Source: Candidatus Woesearchaeota archaeon (GTDB lineage Archaea > Nanobdellota > Nanobdellia > Woesearchaeales > WAPJ01). Taken from it: a DNA stretch of 58,451 bases. This document shows positions 10,368 to 19,679 of this stretch, one piece after another. Position 1 is the stretch's first letter; every line of letters starts with the position of its first letter. Both the position numbers and the translations under genes were made by a program. The stretch covers positions 1 to 58,451 of the forward strand of contig JBLKOL010000003.1 of NCBI GenBank assembly GCA_047602765.1. The letters are read 5' to 3'. Below the pieces are notes generated by a model, which was given only the letters and a program-made list of their open reading frames with translations, did no database searches and was not told the DNA's origin.

Positions 10368-12317
10368 TTACGACTTCTTACGGATCTGAGCGAGGACCTT
10401 GGTGTGGCCTTTCCAATCGATGACGTGTTCGAGGACCTCAACGATCGACTCGACCGGAACGACCTTGATACGCTTGAGACGTTCACGACCGATCACCAGA
10501 TCATTGAGGTTGCTCTTGGGAACGATGACATGCGAGACACCCGCATCGATCGCAGCCTCGACCTTCGCCGAAAGCCCTCCGATCGGAAGAACCTCGCCGC
10601 GGACGGAGAGCGAACCGGTCATCGCCCACTCCTGCTTGACCGGAACACCCTTGAGCGCGGAGATGATCGCCGTAGCTATGGCGACCGACGCAGAATCACC
10701 CTCGACACCCTCATACGTCTGGAGGAACTGGACGTACACATCCGAGGATTTGAGCTCGTCGCCGAAGAGCTTGCTGATGATCGCAGAGACATTGGTCACC
10801 GCTTCCTTGGCGATCTCACCGAGCCGACCGGTAGCGTTGATACGCATCTCCTTACCGCCTGCGGCGACCTCGGCTTCGATCGGCAGGATGATACCTGAAA
10901 GACCTGATTCTGAGCCCATCACCGCCAAGCCGTTCACCCGACCCACACGCTTACCCGACGTTACGATCACCTCGTACTGCTTCTTGCGTTCGATGTACTT
11001 GTCAGAGAGCTGCTGTTCGAGCGAACGAGCATAGTTCTTCGCACGCTCAACGTGCTCCGGAGTCACGAGCACAGCGCCCTCTTCGAGCGCGAGATCACCC
11101 GCAGCACGGATCAACCCTCCGAGCTCGCGAAGACGCAACGTCAAGTAATTCTTGCGCGAGGCGCGCTTACGCGACTCTTGCACGATAAGATCGACGCTCT
11201 TCTTCGAGAAATGAGGGATCCGACCGTCCTTGCGGACCTCTTGCGCGACGAACCGAGCGATACGCCAACGGTTCTCAGGAGTATCGGGCATCGTATCGTT
11301 CATGAGCACCTCATACCCGTACCCGCGGATACGCGAGCGTAGCGCCGGGTGCATCATCTTGATCGTCTCATAGTTACCCGCAGCGATGAGGATGAAACGG
11401 CACGGAACCGGCTCAGTACGCACCATAGCACCTGCCGAACGCTCAGACTGACCGGTGATCGGATACTTACCCTCCTGGATCGCCGTGAGCAACTCCTGCT
11501 GCGTCGTCTGGTGCAACGTTGAGATCTCATCGATGAAGAGCACGCCTAGGTGCGCCTTGTGGATCATACCCGCCATGACGCGCTCGTGAGCCGGAGTACC
11601 AAGACCGCCGGATTGGAACGGATCGTGCAAGACGTCACCGAGCAGAGCACCGGCATGCGAACCCGTCGCATCATAGAACGGAGCCTGATCGTTATCAGCG
11701 TTATCAACGATGAGCTTTGGCATCTGAACGCGCGGCTGCGTACGGCGCATCACGTTCGAATACAACGCGAACAACCCTACGGCGAGCACGGCAGACACGG
11801 TGAAGGCGAAGAGCATGATCGCACCGATGAGCAGCGAACCACCCTCGATCGTATACGAATAGTAGTCGAAGATCCAGCGGCCCACAAGCGAGAGACCGAG
11901 CATAACGATGATCATGATCCAGATGTTCCCCATCGGATTCTGCGTCATCGTAGAACGCGCCTTGGAGACGAGCTGGCGTCCTTGCCCCTTGGCTACTTGA
12001 GCGATGATCGGTGTGTTCTCATCGTTCTGGTTCGGATACGAGAGGATATCGACAAGCTTCTCCTCAGGAAGCAGTTGCGCGAGAGCGAGTCCGAGCATGC
12101 TCTTGCCCGTACCCGGCTCTCCGATGAGCAGGACGTGACGACGCTGCTGAGCCGCCTTGCGGATGACTTCCACGCCGTGCTCCTGACCGATCACCTGATC
12201 GATCGTCGAATCGGACACGTCGATCTGAGCCGTCGAATCGAAGGCCTTCGAAGAACCTTTCTTGGGACTCTTGCTGCTCGCATCAACTCGACTCACCCGT
12301 TTGATCTGCATGGGCAC
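10368..12317 (-). CDS. lonB: Archaeal membrane-anchored ATP-dependent protease LonB
   Basis: Walker [11 protein letters not shown] insertion in the AAA+ domain, Walker B LFIDEI, GDSAS catalytic Ser and downstream Lys. Confidence 0.96.
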   Translation of the reverse strand: MPMQIKRVSRVDASSKSPKKGSSKAFDSTAQIDVSDSTIDQVIGQEHGVEVIRKAAQQRRHVLLIGEPGTGKSMLGLALAQLLPEEKLVDILSYPNQNDENTPIIAQVAKGQGRQLVSKARSTMTQNPMGNIWIMIIVMLGLSLVGRWIFDYYSYTIEGGSLLIGAIMLFAFTVSAVLAVGLFALYSNVMRRTQPRVQMPKLIVDNADNDQAPFYDATGSHAGALLGDVLHDPFQSGGLGTPAHERVMAGMIHKAHLGVLFIDEISTLHQTTQQELLTAIQEGKYPITGQSERSAGAMVRTEPVPCRFILIAAGNYETIKMMHPALRSRIRGYGYEVLMNDTMPDTPENRWRIARFVAQEVRKDGRIPHFSKKSVDLIVQESRKRASRKNYLTLRLRELGGLIRAAGDLALEEGAVLVTPEHVERAKNYARSLEQQLSDKYIERKKQYEVIVTSGKRVGRVNGLAVMGSESGLSGIILPIEAEVAAGGKEMRINATGRLGEIAKEAVTNVSAIISKLFGDELKSSDVYVQFLQTYEGVEGDSASVAIATAIISALKGVPVKQEWAMTGSLSVRGEVLPIGGLSAKVEAAIDAGVSHVIVPKSNLNDLVIGRERLKRIKVVPVESIVEVLEHVIDWKGHTKVLAQIRKKS

Positions 12318-12334
12318 GCGTCACCAGGAGGGGT

Positions 12335-13420
12335 TTATAAACTTTCTACGAATCCGTTATGATCCGGCATCGGATCAGGGAGCCGTTGCGGATCGAGGAT
12401 CCAGCCCTGATCGCGCAAGGCCGCCACCTGCTTGCGGTGTTCAACACCGATCTTGCCCACATAGAGTTCTGAGAGGTCGTGGCTGCGCAGGTATTCGCGC
12501 ACCGTATAGAATCCCTGGAGGTAGACGTGATCCTTGATGAGCCCGCCACCGCGATACGCCCGGAACGAGATATCGAAGGACTGCGAATCCGTCAATCCGA
12601 ACTCGTCACGCAACCGGCGGCACGAATCAGCCATCGACAACCCGCGCAGGACGTTCTCGACGGCGATCACACGAAGCGCATACTGGCGGAGCGTAAACTC
12701 GGAGATCGTCCCGAGCGAGACCTCCGTATACACGGCGATACCTTCCTCGGTCTCATAGTATCCTGCAAGCCCCACACCGAGCAATGAGAACGGCTGGACA
12801 CGACCGTTCTCAGCACGCAAGACGTGGACACCGACCTCATGAGCGATGAGCCGATGCGCATGGTCCGGAGCGAACCGCTTATGCCTCGGGATCCGGATCA
12901 TACGCTCCGAGTGGACGACCGCCGTGATCTCACGATCATCGAGCGAAACCGACCAGTCATCAAGACCGTACGAGGTGAGCGCCTCGCTCAACTGCGACTC
13001 GACGACCGACGCGTCAACGAGCGAATCAGGACGCCGGGACGGATCAGGACTCTTCAGGATACGATGAGCGCTCTTTACCGTATCAGACTCGAGACCCCCA
13101 TAGAGGGCGAGCGAGATATCCTTCAAACGAGGCGTTCCGATCGCATCAGAGAGCTCGATCTTGAGTTCGAGGGCTGTGAGCATCGGCTCGATCACCGAAC
13201 GCAACAGATCCGAGAGACCTTGCACGAGGATACGAGCCTCCTCGAGCAGTCGACGCGCATCCGAACGATCAGGACGCTGAGCATACTCGAAGGCTGGAAT
13301 GTCACCGTACTCGACGAAGGAGAGCTTCACATCACGCTTATTGAGCGGGGAGACGAGGGTGATCGGATTGACAAGGTACTCGATACGCTCGATAAGGCCG
13401 GTCAGACGCTCGATGGACAT
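12335..13420 (-). CDS. DUF1704 / MATCAP-like (QEGLA-motif) gluzincin carboxypeptidase
   Basis: AHEVGVH (HExxxH), ETEEGIA, GGLIKDHVYLQG and LYVGKI motifs; start reassigned to ATG 13420 (the ORF-track extension overlaps mscS). Confidence 0.85.
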   Translation of the reverse strand: MSIERLTGLIERIEYLVNPITLVSPLNKRDVKLSFVEYGDIPAFEYAQRPDRSDARRLLEEARILVQGLSDLLRSVIEPMLTALELKIELSDAIGTPRLKDISLALYGGLESDTVKSAHRILKSPDPSRRPDSLVDASVVESQLSEALTSYGLDDWSVSLDDREITAVVHSERMIRIPRHKRFAPDHAHRLIAHEVGVHVLRAENGRVQPFSLLGVGLAGYYETEEGIAVYTEVSLGTISEFTLRQYALRVIAVENVLRGLSMADSCRRLRDEFGLTDSQSFDISFRAYRGGGLIKDHVYLQGFYTVREYLRSHDLSELYVGKIGVEHRKQVAALRDQGWILDPQRLPDPMPDHNGFVESL

Positions 13421-13440
13421 GGTCGCGAAGCGTTCGACGA

Positions 13441-13473
13441 GCTTAAAAATGAATCGTCCGATACGCTTATAAC
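13441..13473. promoter_or_regulatory. Back-to-back TATA boxes for the DUF1704 gene (-) and the mscS-rimK operon (+)
   Basis: ATACGC-TTATAAC at 13461-13473 is ~27 nt before 13500; TTTTTAAG on the minus strand at 13442-13449 is ~22-29 nt before 13420. Confidence 0.55.
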
Positions 13474-13499
13474 GGCATCTCAAGTCCGAAGTCTCGCTC

Positions 13500-14942
13500 A
13501 TGGTACTCTCAACCGAACTCTTCGGAGCGTTCACCATCGCAGAAGCCGGCATCGCGCTCCTCATATTCGCAGGGTCCATACTCATCGCGCGAGGCATCGG
13601 ACTCTTCATACGCAAACTCGCACGAGCCTTCGACCGCGAGAGCAGCATCACGCTCGCAAAGACAACGAGCCTCTTCGAAGTAGGCATCATACTCATAGGA
13701 TTCCTCATAGCCCTCTCGGTCATACGCATCGAATTCGCAACGTCCCTGTGGACGAGGCTCGTGAGCATCGTACCCGAACTGCTCGTCTTCATCATCGTAT
13801 TCTACCTCGCCTACGTGTTCTTCTCGCTCATGCTCGACCTGCTCAAGAGCATCGTACTCTCAGCAGGAGCAGGATACCTCAAAGAATTCGACATCTCACG
13901 GAACGCCGTACACGCAGCGTTCTTCATAGCAAAATTCTTCGTCGTCATATTCTTCGCGAGCGTAGCATTGCGCTTCGCACGCGTCGACCTCCCATTGCTC
14001 GACGTAGTACTCGTAGCCTGTGTCTACGCTTCGATCGCAGCGCTCGTAGGCATCGCCTTCTACGCGTTCAAAGACTACGCAGCCAACATGCTCCTCTCAT
14101 CATACATCTCACGCAACGTCATACGCGTAGGACAGAAAGTACGCTACGACGGCAAGAGCGGGGAAGTGAGCGCGATCACCTCACACGGAACGATCATCAC
14201 GCTCGACACAGGATACAACGCGATCATACCCAACAGCCGCATCGTACGCGACCCGGTCGTTGTGAAGAGAGTCGAATCCGACCTGTCAGGACTCGACAAC
14301 CTCGCACGAGAATACACCGTGACGCTCAGCTCTGATTCGGGAATCGCGATCCTCGAAATGGTACTCGGCATCTTCGACGTACACAAGAAACGCGACGACG
14401 TCAAAGACGCGCTCAAAGCCAAAGACGACAGTCCCGACTCGGAGATACGAGCGCTCGCACGAGCTGCAAACACGCTGAGCAGCCAAGACGTGAAAGGAGC
14501 GTTCGTAGAATACAACCAACTCTACCACTTCCGACAAGAGATGAAGAGCTGGCTCACCGAAGAAGCCCTCATCGTCGTACACTACCAAGGGAAAGATGAG
14601 AAACACCCGCGCTACCGACTCATCGTAGGCGTCGAAGGAGACGAATTCATCACGCTCGACACGAGCAAGAACGGAGCCACCCAAGTCATCAACGCCTCAT
14701 CCCTTGAAAAGAGCCTCATCGACCGTACGAGCAGGAAAGGATACCTCATCTTCGCGAAACGAGGAAGCCCCGCCTACTGGCGTATCACCGAAAAACTCTT
14801 CTACGGTGATGTGAGCGCATACCAGAGCATCAGCAAGAGCTTCGAACGCTACCTCAAGAAAGTACTGCGCAAGAGCCGCGTCGTAAACACCTTCCTCTCA
14901 CCACACGTACAGGATAGGATCACACGCAAAGGTGAGCGCTAA
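13500..14942 (+). CDS. MscS-family mechanosensitive channel fused to a catalytically dead C39-like peptidase domain
   Basis: About 5 TM helices, MscS beta-domain (KDYAANMLL..IRVGQKVRYDGKSGEV..IPNSRI), then SGIAILEMVL..LARAANTL..PRYRLIVG..TLD..G matching the C39 pattern with Cys to Ser and His to Arg. Confidence 0.8.
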   Translation: MVLSTELFGAFTIAEAGIALLIFAGSILIARGIGLFIRKLARAFDRESSITLAKTTSLFEVGIILIGFLIALSVIRIEFATSLWTRLVSIVPELLVFIIVFYLAYVFFSLMLDLLKSIVLSAGAGYLKEFDISRNAVHAAFFIAKFFVVIFFASVALRFARVDLPLLDVVLVACVYASIAALVGIAFYAFKDYAANMLLSSYISRNVIRVGQKVRYDGKSGEVSAITSHGTIITLDTGYNAIIPNSRIVRDPVVVKRVESDLSGLDNLAREYTVTLSSDSGIAILEMVLGIFDVHKKRDDVKDALKAKDDSPDSEIRALARAANTLSSQDVKGAFVEYNQLYHFRQEMKSWLTEEALIVVHYQGKDEKHPRYRLIVGVEGDEFITLDTSKNGATQVINASSLEKSLIDRTSRKGYLIFAKRGSPAYWRITEKLFYGDVSAYQSISKSFERYLKKVLRKSRVVNTFLSPHVQDRITRKGER

Positions 14943-15761
14943 GTGCGCATCGCGCTCATCGGAGAATCCGAACACGACATCTTCACACGGCTCTCGAGCA
15001 TGATCGAAGCCGACTATATACCCGTATCCGAACTCGGATTGAGCACCGTAGGAGGCAAGAGCGGCATCGACCGCAACGCCAAAGGCCTACTCGACTACGA
15101 TGCTGTGTTCTTGCAGGTCGACGCACGACTCATGCTCTTCGTAGAACCGCTCCTCGACGAACTCGCCGAGAACGGAATCGCATGCCAGGTCAAACCCACG
15201 GCATTCAACATCCTCGCCAACAAACCCTACACGTTCGTGAGCCTCGCGAGCCGCTCGATCCCCATCCCCAAGATGCGATCCGTCGCGAGCGGAAGCGCCA
15301 TCGAAACCGCCATCGAAGGACTCGAATACCCGTTGCTCATCGAAGCATTCCGCGACCTGGACCGCACGCAGACGATGATCCTCACCGACAAACAGAGCCT
15401 CTACCCATTCCTCAGATCCATACCCTTCCAATACAACCTGATCATGATCCAAGAACTCCTCCAAGACACGCTCACCGAGAGCATCGTCATAGCAGACGAA
15501 GTGTTCAGCATGAGACATACGTGGAACGCAGAACGCCTCGAACACAACGCCAAAGCACAAAGTGTACGCATACGATCAGAAGAACGCCAGATCGCCATAG
15601 ACGCGACCCGCGCCCTGGGCATCGACATCGCACGCGTCAAGATGATCCAAGGACGCGTCATCAGCGTCGACCCGATCATACACGCCGACCGCTTCGAAAA
15701 GGTCCTCGGAATCGACATCGCATCGCACATCGCAGCATACTTCGTGGAGAAGACCGCATGA
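14943..15761 (+). CDS. Degenerate RimK-like ATP-grasp protein (probable pseudo-ligase)
   Basis: RimK layout (NK, PIP, YPL, IQE, ALGIDIA) but ATP-binding Lys replaced by Glu, no Gly-rich loop, GVD to RVK and ExN to SVD. Confidence 0.75.
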   Translation: MRIALIGESEHDIFTRLSSMIEADYIPVSELGLSTVGGKSGIDRNAKGLLDYDAVFLQVDARLMLFVEPLLDELAENGIACQVKPTAFNILANKPYTFVSLASRSIPIPKMRSVASGSAIETAIEGLEYPLLIEAFRDLDRTQTMILTDKQSLYPFLRSIPFQYNLIMIQELLQDTLTESIVIADEVFSMRHTWNAERLEHNAKAQSVRIRSEERQIAIDATRALGIDIARVKMIQGRVISVDPIIHADRFEKVLGIDIASHIAAYFVEKTA

Positions 15762-16633
15762 AACTGTGCATCGTAACTCAGGAGAGCAACGCTCCTCGCA
15801 AGAAAGAGTACATCGCCTCAGGAAAGAAATACTTCACCCAGGTCCTCGGCGTGAGCCTCAACCAACTACGCGTCGAAGCCGGTGAAGAGAAGCCGACCGT
15901 CATGTACAAGAACACCGACCTCTCAACGTTCGACGTCGTATTCTTCAGAGCACACAGCCAGAGCCTCCCCTTCAGCGAGATGGTCCTCGACATCCTCGAA
16001 TCGAACGGCGTGTACGTACCCAACTCGATCGACGGATTACAGATGACGTGCCACAAGTACCACTCGGTGATGCGCGTCGCACGCATCGGCGTAGCCGTAC
16101 CCGACACGAGCCTTGCCATCACACCCGAAGCAGCACTCCAGTACAGCGAGCGATTCGGATTCCCGCTCATCCTCAAACTGCTGCGCGGATTCGGAGGCCG
16201 CGGCGTCATGATGATACGGACCAAGGACGAGCTCAAACCCATCCTCGACACGATCAGCGTATTCGACGAATTCCTCTCGAGCCAAAAATACGTACCCAAC
16301 GCGGGAGAAGACCTGAGAACCTACGTGATCGGAGATGAGGTCATCGGCATCAAACGCAAGGGAGCCGAGAACGAATGGCGAGCCAACGTATCGACCGGAG
16401 GAACCGCAACGTTCATCGAAGTGCCCGAAGCGCTCAAAGAGACGAGCAGGCGCATCGCACAACTCATCGGACTCGAGATCGCCGGCATAGACTTCATAGA
16501 ATCGGAAGGAGACTACGTATTCATAGAAGCCAATTTCACCGCAGGATACCTACCGACCATGTTCGGAACCGAACTCCTCGACAAGATGATGGAATACCTC
16601 TACCACGAAACCGTCGAACGCGCAAAACAATAA
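15758..16633 (+). CDS. RimK family alpha-L-glutamate ligase (ATP-grasp)
   Basis: FPLILK..GFGGRGV, QKYVP..DLR, WRANVSTGG, AGIDF and IEAN motifs intact; ATGA overlap with the previous gene. Confidence 0.9.
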   Translation: MKLCIVTQESNAPRKKEYIASGKKYFTQVLGVSLNQLRVEAGEEKPTVMYKNTDLSTFDVVFFRAHSQSLPFSEMVLDILESNGVYVPNSIDGLQMTCHKYHSVMRVARIGVAVPDTSLAITPEAALQYSERFGFPLILKLLRGFGGRGVMMIRTKDELKPILDTISVFDEFLSSQKYVPNAGEDLRTYVIGDEVIGIKRKGAENEWRANVSTGGTATFIEVPEALKETSRRIAQLIGLEIAGIDFIESEGDYVFIEANFTAGYLPTMFGTELLDKMMEYLYHETVERAKQ

Positions 16634-16645
16634 AAGCGAGCGAAC

Positions 16646-18295
16646 GTGCCGACGGACATGCGCGACACGTTCAGACGACTCCTCGAACACCACCCTGACT
16701 TGGACGGAGTAGATGTTGAGAGCCTCATCGAAGAACCCAAAGACCCCTCCCACGGAGACCTCGCATTCCCCTGCTATACGCTCGCACAGAAACTACGCCA
16801 GTCACCGCAGCAGATCGCACAGCGACTCGCAACCGAACTCACATCTGAAGAGGTAGCATTGGAAGCCCTCGGAGCATACGTGAACGCACGGTTCTCAGAT
16901 GCGATCATCGCACGAGCAGGACTCGCCACACAGGCTCTACAGGTCGTGTCTGGTCGTATCCTCATCGAATACAGCCAGCCGAACACGAACAAACCGCTCC
17001 ACATCGGACACATGCGCAACATGATCCTCGGAACCGCGCTCATCAACGTGCTCGAACGAGCAGGAGCAGACGTGATCCCCGTAGTACTCTACAACGATCG
17101 GGGCATCGCCATATGCCGGTCCATGCTCGCATACCAACGCTACGGCGGCTCAGAAACACCGGATTCGACAGGAGAGAAAGCAGATCACTTCGTCGGACGA
17201 TACTATCGGATGTACGCCGAGAAAGCAGACGAGGACCCGACGCTCGACGAAGCAGCGCGTGAGATGCTCAGAAGATGGGAAGCTGGCGAACCCGAGGTAC
17301 GCGCATTGTGGAAGCAGATGAACGAGTGGGCCGTCGCAGGATTCCGAGAAACCTTCGAACACTTCTCACTGCGCTACGAGAAAGAATACTACGAGTCAGA
17401 TGTCTACGAGCGCGGGGTTCGGATCGTCACCGATGCGGTCGGAACCGCAGATGTACGCGAAGAAGACGGAGCGATCATCTACACGCGCGAAGACGGAAAC
17501 GACTACACGTTGTTGCGCGAGGACGGGACAGCGCTCTACATCACCCAAGACATCGCGCTCCTCACAGAACGAGCCGAAACGTACGAGCCGGACGAGATCA
17601 TCTACGTCGTAGCGAAAGAACAAGCATACCACTTCCAAACGCTCTTCGAACTCGCACGACGACTCAACCTCGCCGATGCACGGCTCGAACACTACGCCTA
17701 CGGACTCGTAACCCTCCCCGAAGGGAAGATGAGCTCACGAGCCGGACGCGTTGTTATGGCAGACGACCTGCTCGGGGAAACGATCGAGAGAGCCCGACGA
17801 GAAGTGAGCGCGCGCAGCGACGTAGAAGACCTCGAACACCGCGCACGCACGATCGCCTTCGGAGCACTCGCTTTCTTCATGCTCAAACAGAACCCGATGG
17901 ACGACCTCGTATACGACGAGAACGCAGCCATGCGATTCGAAGGAGAGAGCGGACCGTACGTACAATACACGTATGCACGTATCCGCTCGATCCTACGCGC
18001 GACACCGGCACACGCAGAAGCAGCATGGGACGGACTCGAAGCAGAAGAGCGGAGCCTGCTCAAACACCTCAGCCGCTACCCGAACATCCTCGAAGAAGCC
18101 GCACGACGAAAAGAACCCTCGCGCATCGCCCACTACCTGCTCTCACTCGCACAGACCTACAACAGTTTCTACCACGCATGCAAAGTAGCCGGAAGCGAAC
18201 ACGAAGCACGACGGATCGTGCTCTGTGAGCGTACGAGCACGACGCTCAAAGACGGCTTAGGACTGCTCGGAATCGGCGTACTCGAGGAGATGTAG
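16646..18295 (+). CDS. argS: Arginine--tRNA ligase
   Basis: EYSQPNTNKPLHIGHMRN, GKMSSR and GPYVQYTYARI motifs. Confidence 0.97.
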   Translation: MPTDMRDTFRRLLEHHPDLDGVDVESLIEEPKDPSHGDLAFPCYTLAQKLRQSPQQIAQRLATELTSEEVALEALGAYVNARFSDAIIARAGLATQALQVVSGRILIEYSQPNTNKPLHIGHMRNMILGTALINVLERAGADVIPVVLYNDRGIAICRSMLAYQRYGGSETPDSTGEKADHFVGRYYRMYAEKADEDPTLDEAAREMLRRWEAGEPEVRALWKQMNEWAVAGFRETFEHFSLRYEKEYYESDVYERGVRIVTDAVGTADVREEDGAIIYTREDGNDYTLLREDGTALYITQDIALLTERAETYEPDEIIYVVAKEQAYHFQTLFELARRLNLADARLEHYAYGLVTLPEGKMSSRAGRVVMADDLLGETIERARREVSARSDVEDLEHRARTIAFGALAFFMLKQNPMDDLVYDENAAMRFEGESGPYVQYTYARIRSILRATPAHAEAAWDGLEAEERSLLKHLSRYPNILEEAARRKEPSRIAHYLLSLAQTYNSFYHACKVAGSEHEARRIVLCERTSTTLKDGLGLLGIGVLEEM

Positions 18296-18982
18296 ATGCG
18301 CATCACCGTATTCTCAGCACACCCGGACGACGCGGAATTCGCCATGGGAGGAGTGCTGCTCATGCTCTCGAAAGCCCACGACGTGACGAACGTGATCCTC
18401 ACCCGCGGAGAAGCAGGCACCCACGGAACACCCGCGCAACGAGAGGAAGAAGGATACCACGCTGGACGGATTGGAGGATACGACGTACGCTTCCTCAACC
18501 ACAAAGACACACGCATTGAAGACTCTACGAAGAGCATCGAAGAACTCGCACTCGTCATACGAGAACTCCAGCCACGCGTCATATTCACGCCCTACCATAC
18601 GAACAACGGACCGCACACGGACGGACGAGCACACCACGACCACTCAGCACTCGGACAGATCGTGCGCAAAGCAGCACGGATCGCCAAATTCAAGAACGCA
18701 CCGATCAGAGAAGTAGCACACGCAGCTGAGCGGATCATCTACTACATGGTACCACGACGCGTCGAGCCGAGCTTCACCGTAGACGTGAGCAGCACCATAG
18801 ACGAACTACCAGCCCTGTGGAAGGCACACGAGAGCCAAACCGCTTTGAAGAGCGGAGCGATCATCGACTATCTGCTCGCAGAACGACGAGCCGTAGGACA
18901 CTCGTGTGGCGTTGAATACGCCGAAGCGTTCATCACCGAACCCCTCGTACTCACCATACACGGATTCTTACCGGAAGAATAA
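18296..18982 (+). CDS. PIG-L/LmbE family deacetylase (BshB1/MshB-like)
   Basis: AHPDDAEF, LTRGEAG and HHDH motifs; abuts the argS stop. Confidence 0.9.
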   Translation: MRITVFSAHPDDAEFAMGGVLLMLSKAHDVTNVILTRGEAGTHGTPAQREEEGYHAGRIGGYDVRFLNHKDTRIEDSTKSIEELALVIRELQPRVIFTPYHTNNGPHTDGRAHHDHSALGQIVRKAARIAKFKNAPIREVAHAAERIIYYMVPRRVEPSFTVDVSSTIDELPALWKAHESQTALKSGAIIDYLLAERRAVGHSCGVEYAEAFITEPLVLTIHGFLPEE

Positions 18983-19030
18983 CGGAGTTACCACGGTGGG
19001 AGAGAAAAAGCACGCGAACACCCACCGCGT

Positions 19031-19336
19031 ATGCTCGAAGACGTCGTAACACGCATCGGAACCGCAGCGTTCGTGAGCACAACCGTAGGACTGAGCCTCA
19101 ATACAGGAGAACCGCGATACCTCATCGGAGCCGCCATCGGAATCCCAACCGCCGTGTTCCTCGGAGGACTCGTACCCGCAGATATCGGCGTACCCCTCGG
19201 AACCGCATACCTCGCCGGACTCGCAACCTACGCGGCCACGAGCCTCACAGGAAAGCCATCGCGTGATGTGGAACACCTCACGACATCAGTAGCCCTTTTG
19301 AGCGGAGCTGCCGCAACCGTCATCCGATACGTTTAA
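19031..19336 (+). CDS. Small hydrophobic membrane protein
   Basis: 101 aa, almost entirely hydrophobic, codon style matches the flanking + genes. Confidence 0.5.
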   Translation: MLEDVVTRIGTAAFVSTTVGLSLNTGEPRYLIGAAIGIPTAVFLGGLVPADIGVPLGTAYLAGLATYAATSLTGKPSRDVEHLTTSVALLSGAAATVIRYV

Positions 19337-19363
19337 AACAAGACCGCGTCGTTCCACGACTAG

Positions 19364-19438
19364 GCCCCTGTGGTGTAGTCCGGCCTATCATCTCGGGCTT
19401 TCGACCCGAGGACTCGGGTTCGAATCCCGGCGGGGGCA
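19364..19438 (+). tRNA. tRNA-Glu(TTC)
   Basis: Cloverleaf folded by hand: GCCCCTG/CGGGGGC acceptor, TCGGG-CTTTCGA-CCCGA anticodon arm, TTCGAAT T-loop; TTTAAAA ~25 nt upstream. Confidence 0.97.
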
Positions 19439-19679
19439 ATGGGTGACTGGGTTCAATTCCCACCCCCCTTTTTCTTGTTGTTTGGTTTGTCTCTTGCTTC
19501 TGAAATGGTTCTTCGTAGAGAAACGCTTCTCGCTCTTCCTTCGAATCGAAGACGGTGTTGCCCTTCGCAAACATCTTGCTCGATATCTTGCCCAAGAACG
19601 AAATCAACACGGTGAGCCTCACAGGCACGTAACGAGCGAGTCCATGCTTTGGGTATTTAGAATGGCCGAGTACCGTGTA

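Noticed and set aside
10368-12317. Intein in LonB
   Set aside because: Normal length with no intein motifs; the insertion is the usual TM segment
13421-13795. N-terminal extension of the DUF1704 ORF
   Set aside because: Antisense to mscS and Ser/Met/Arg-rich; a TATA box fits the ATG at 13420
12824-14335. 503-aa + strand ORF, and many similar Arg/His/Thr-rich long ORFs (e.g. 17275-18228, 27848-28774, 30648-31967, 39776-40867)
   Set aside because: Shadow or off-frame ORFs overlapping genes with clear motifs; their composition reflects the biased codon usage
19320-19628. Minus-strand ORF spanning tRNA-Glu
   Set aside because: Antisense to a tRNA and no recognisable motif
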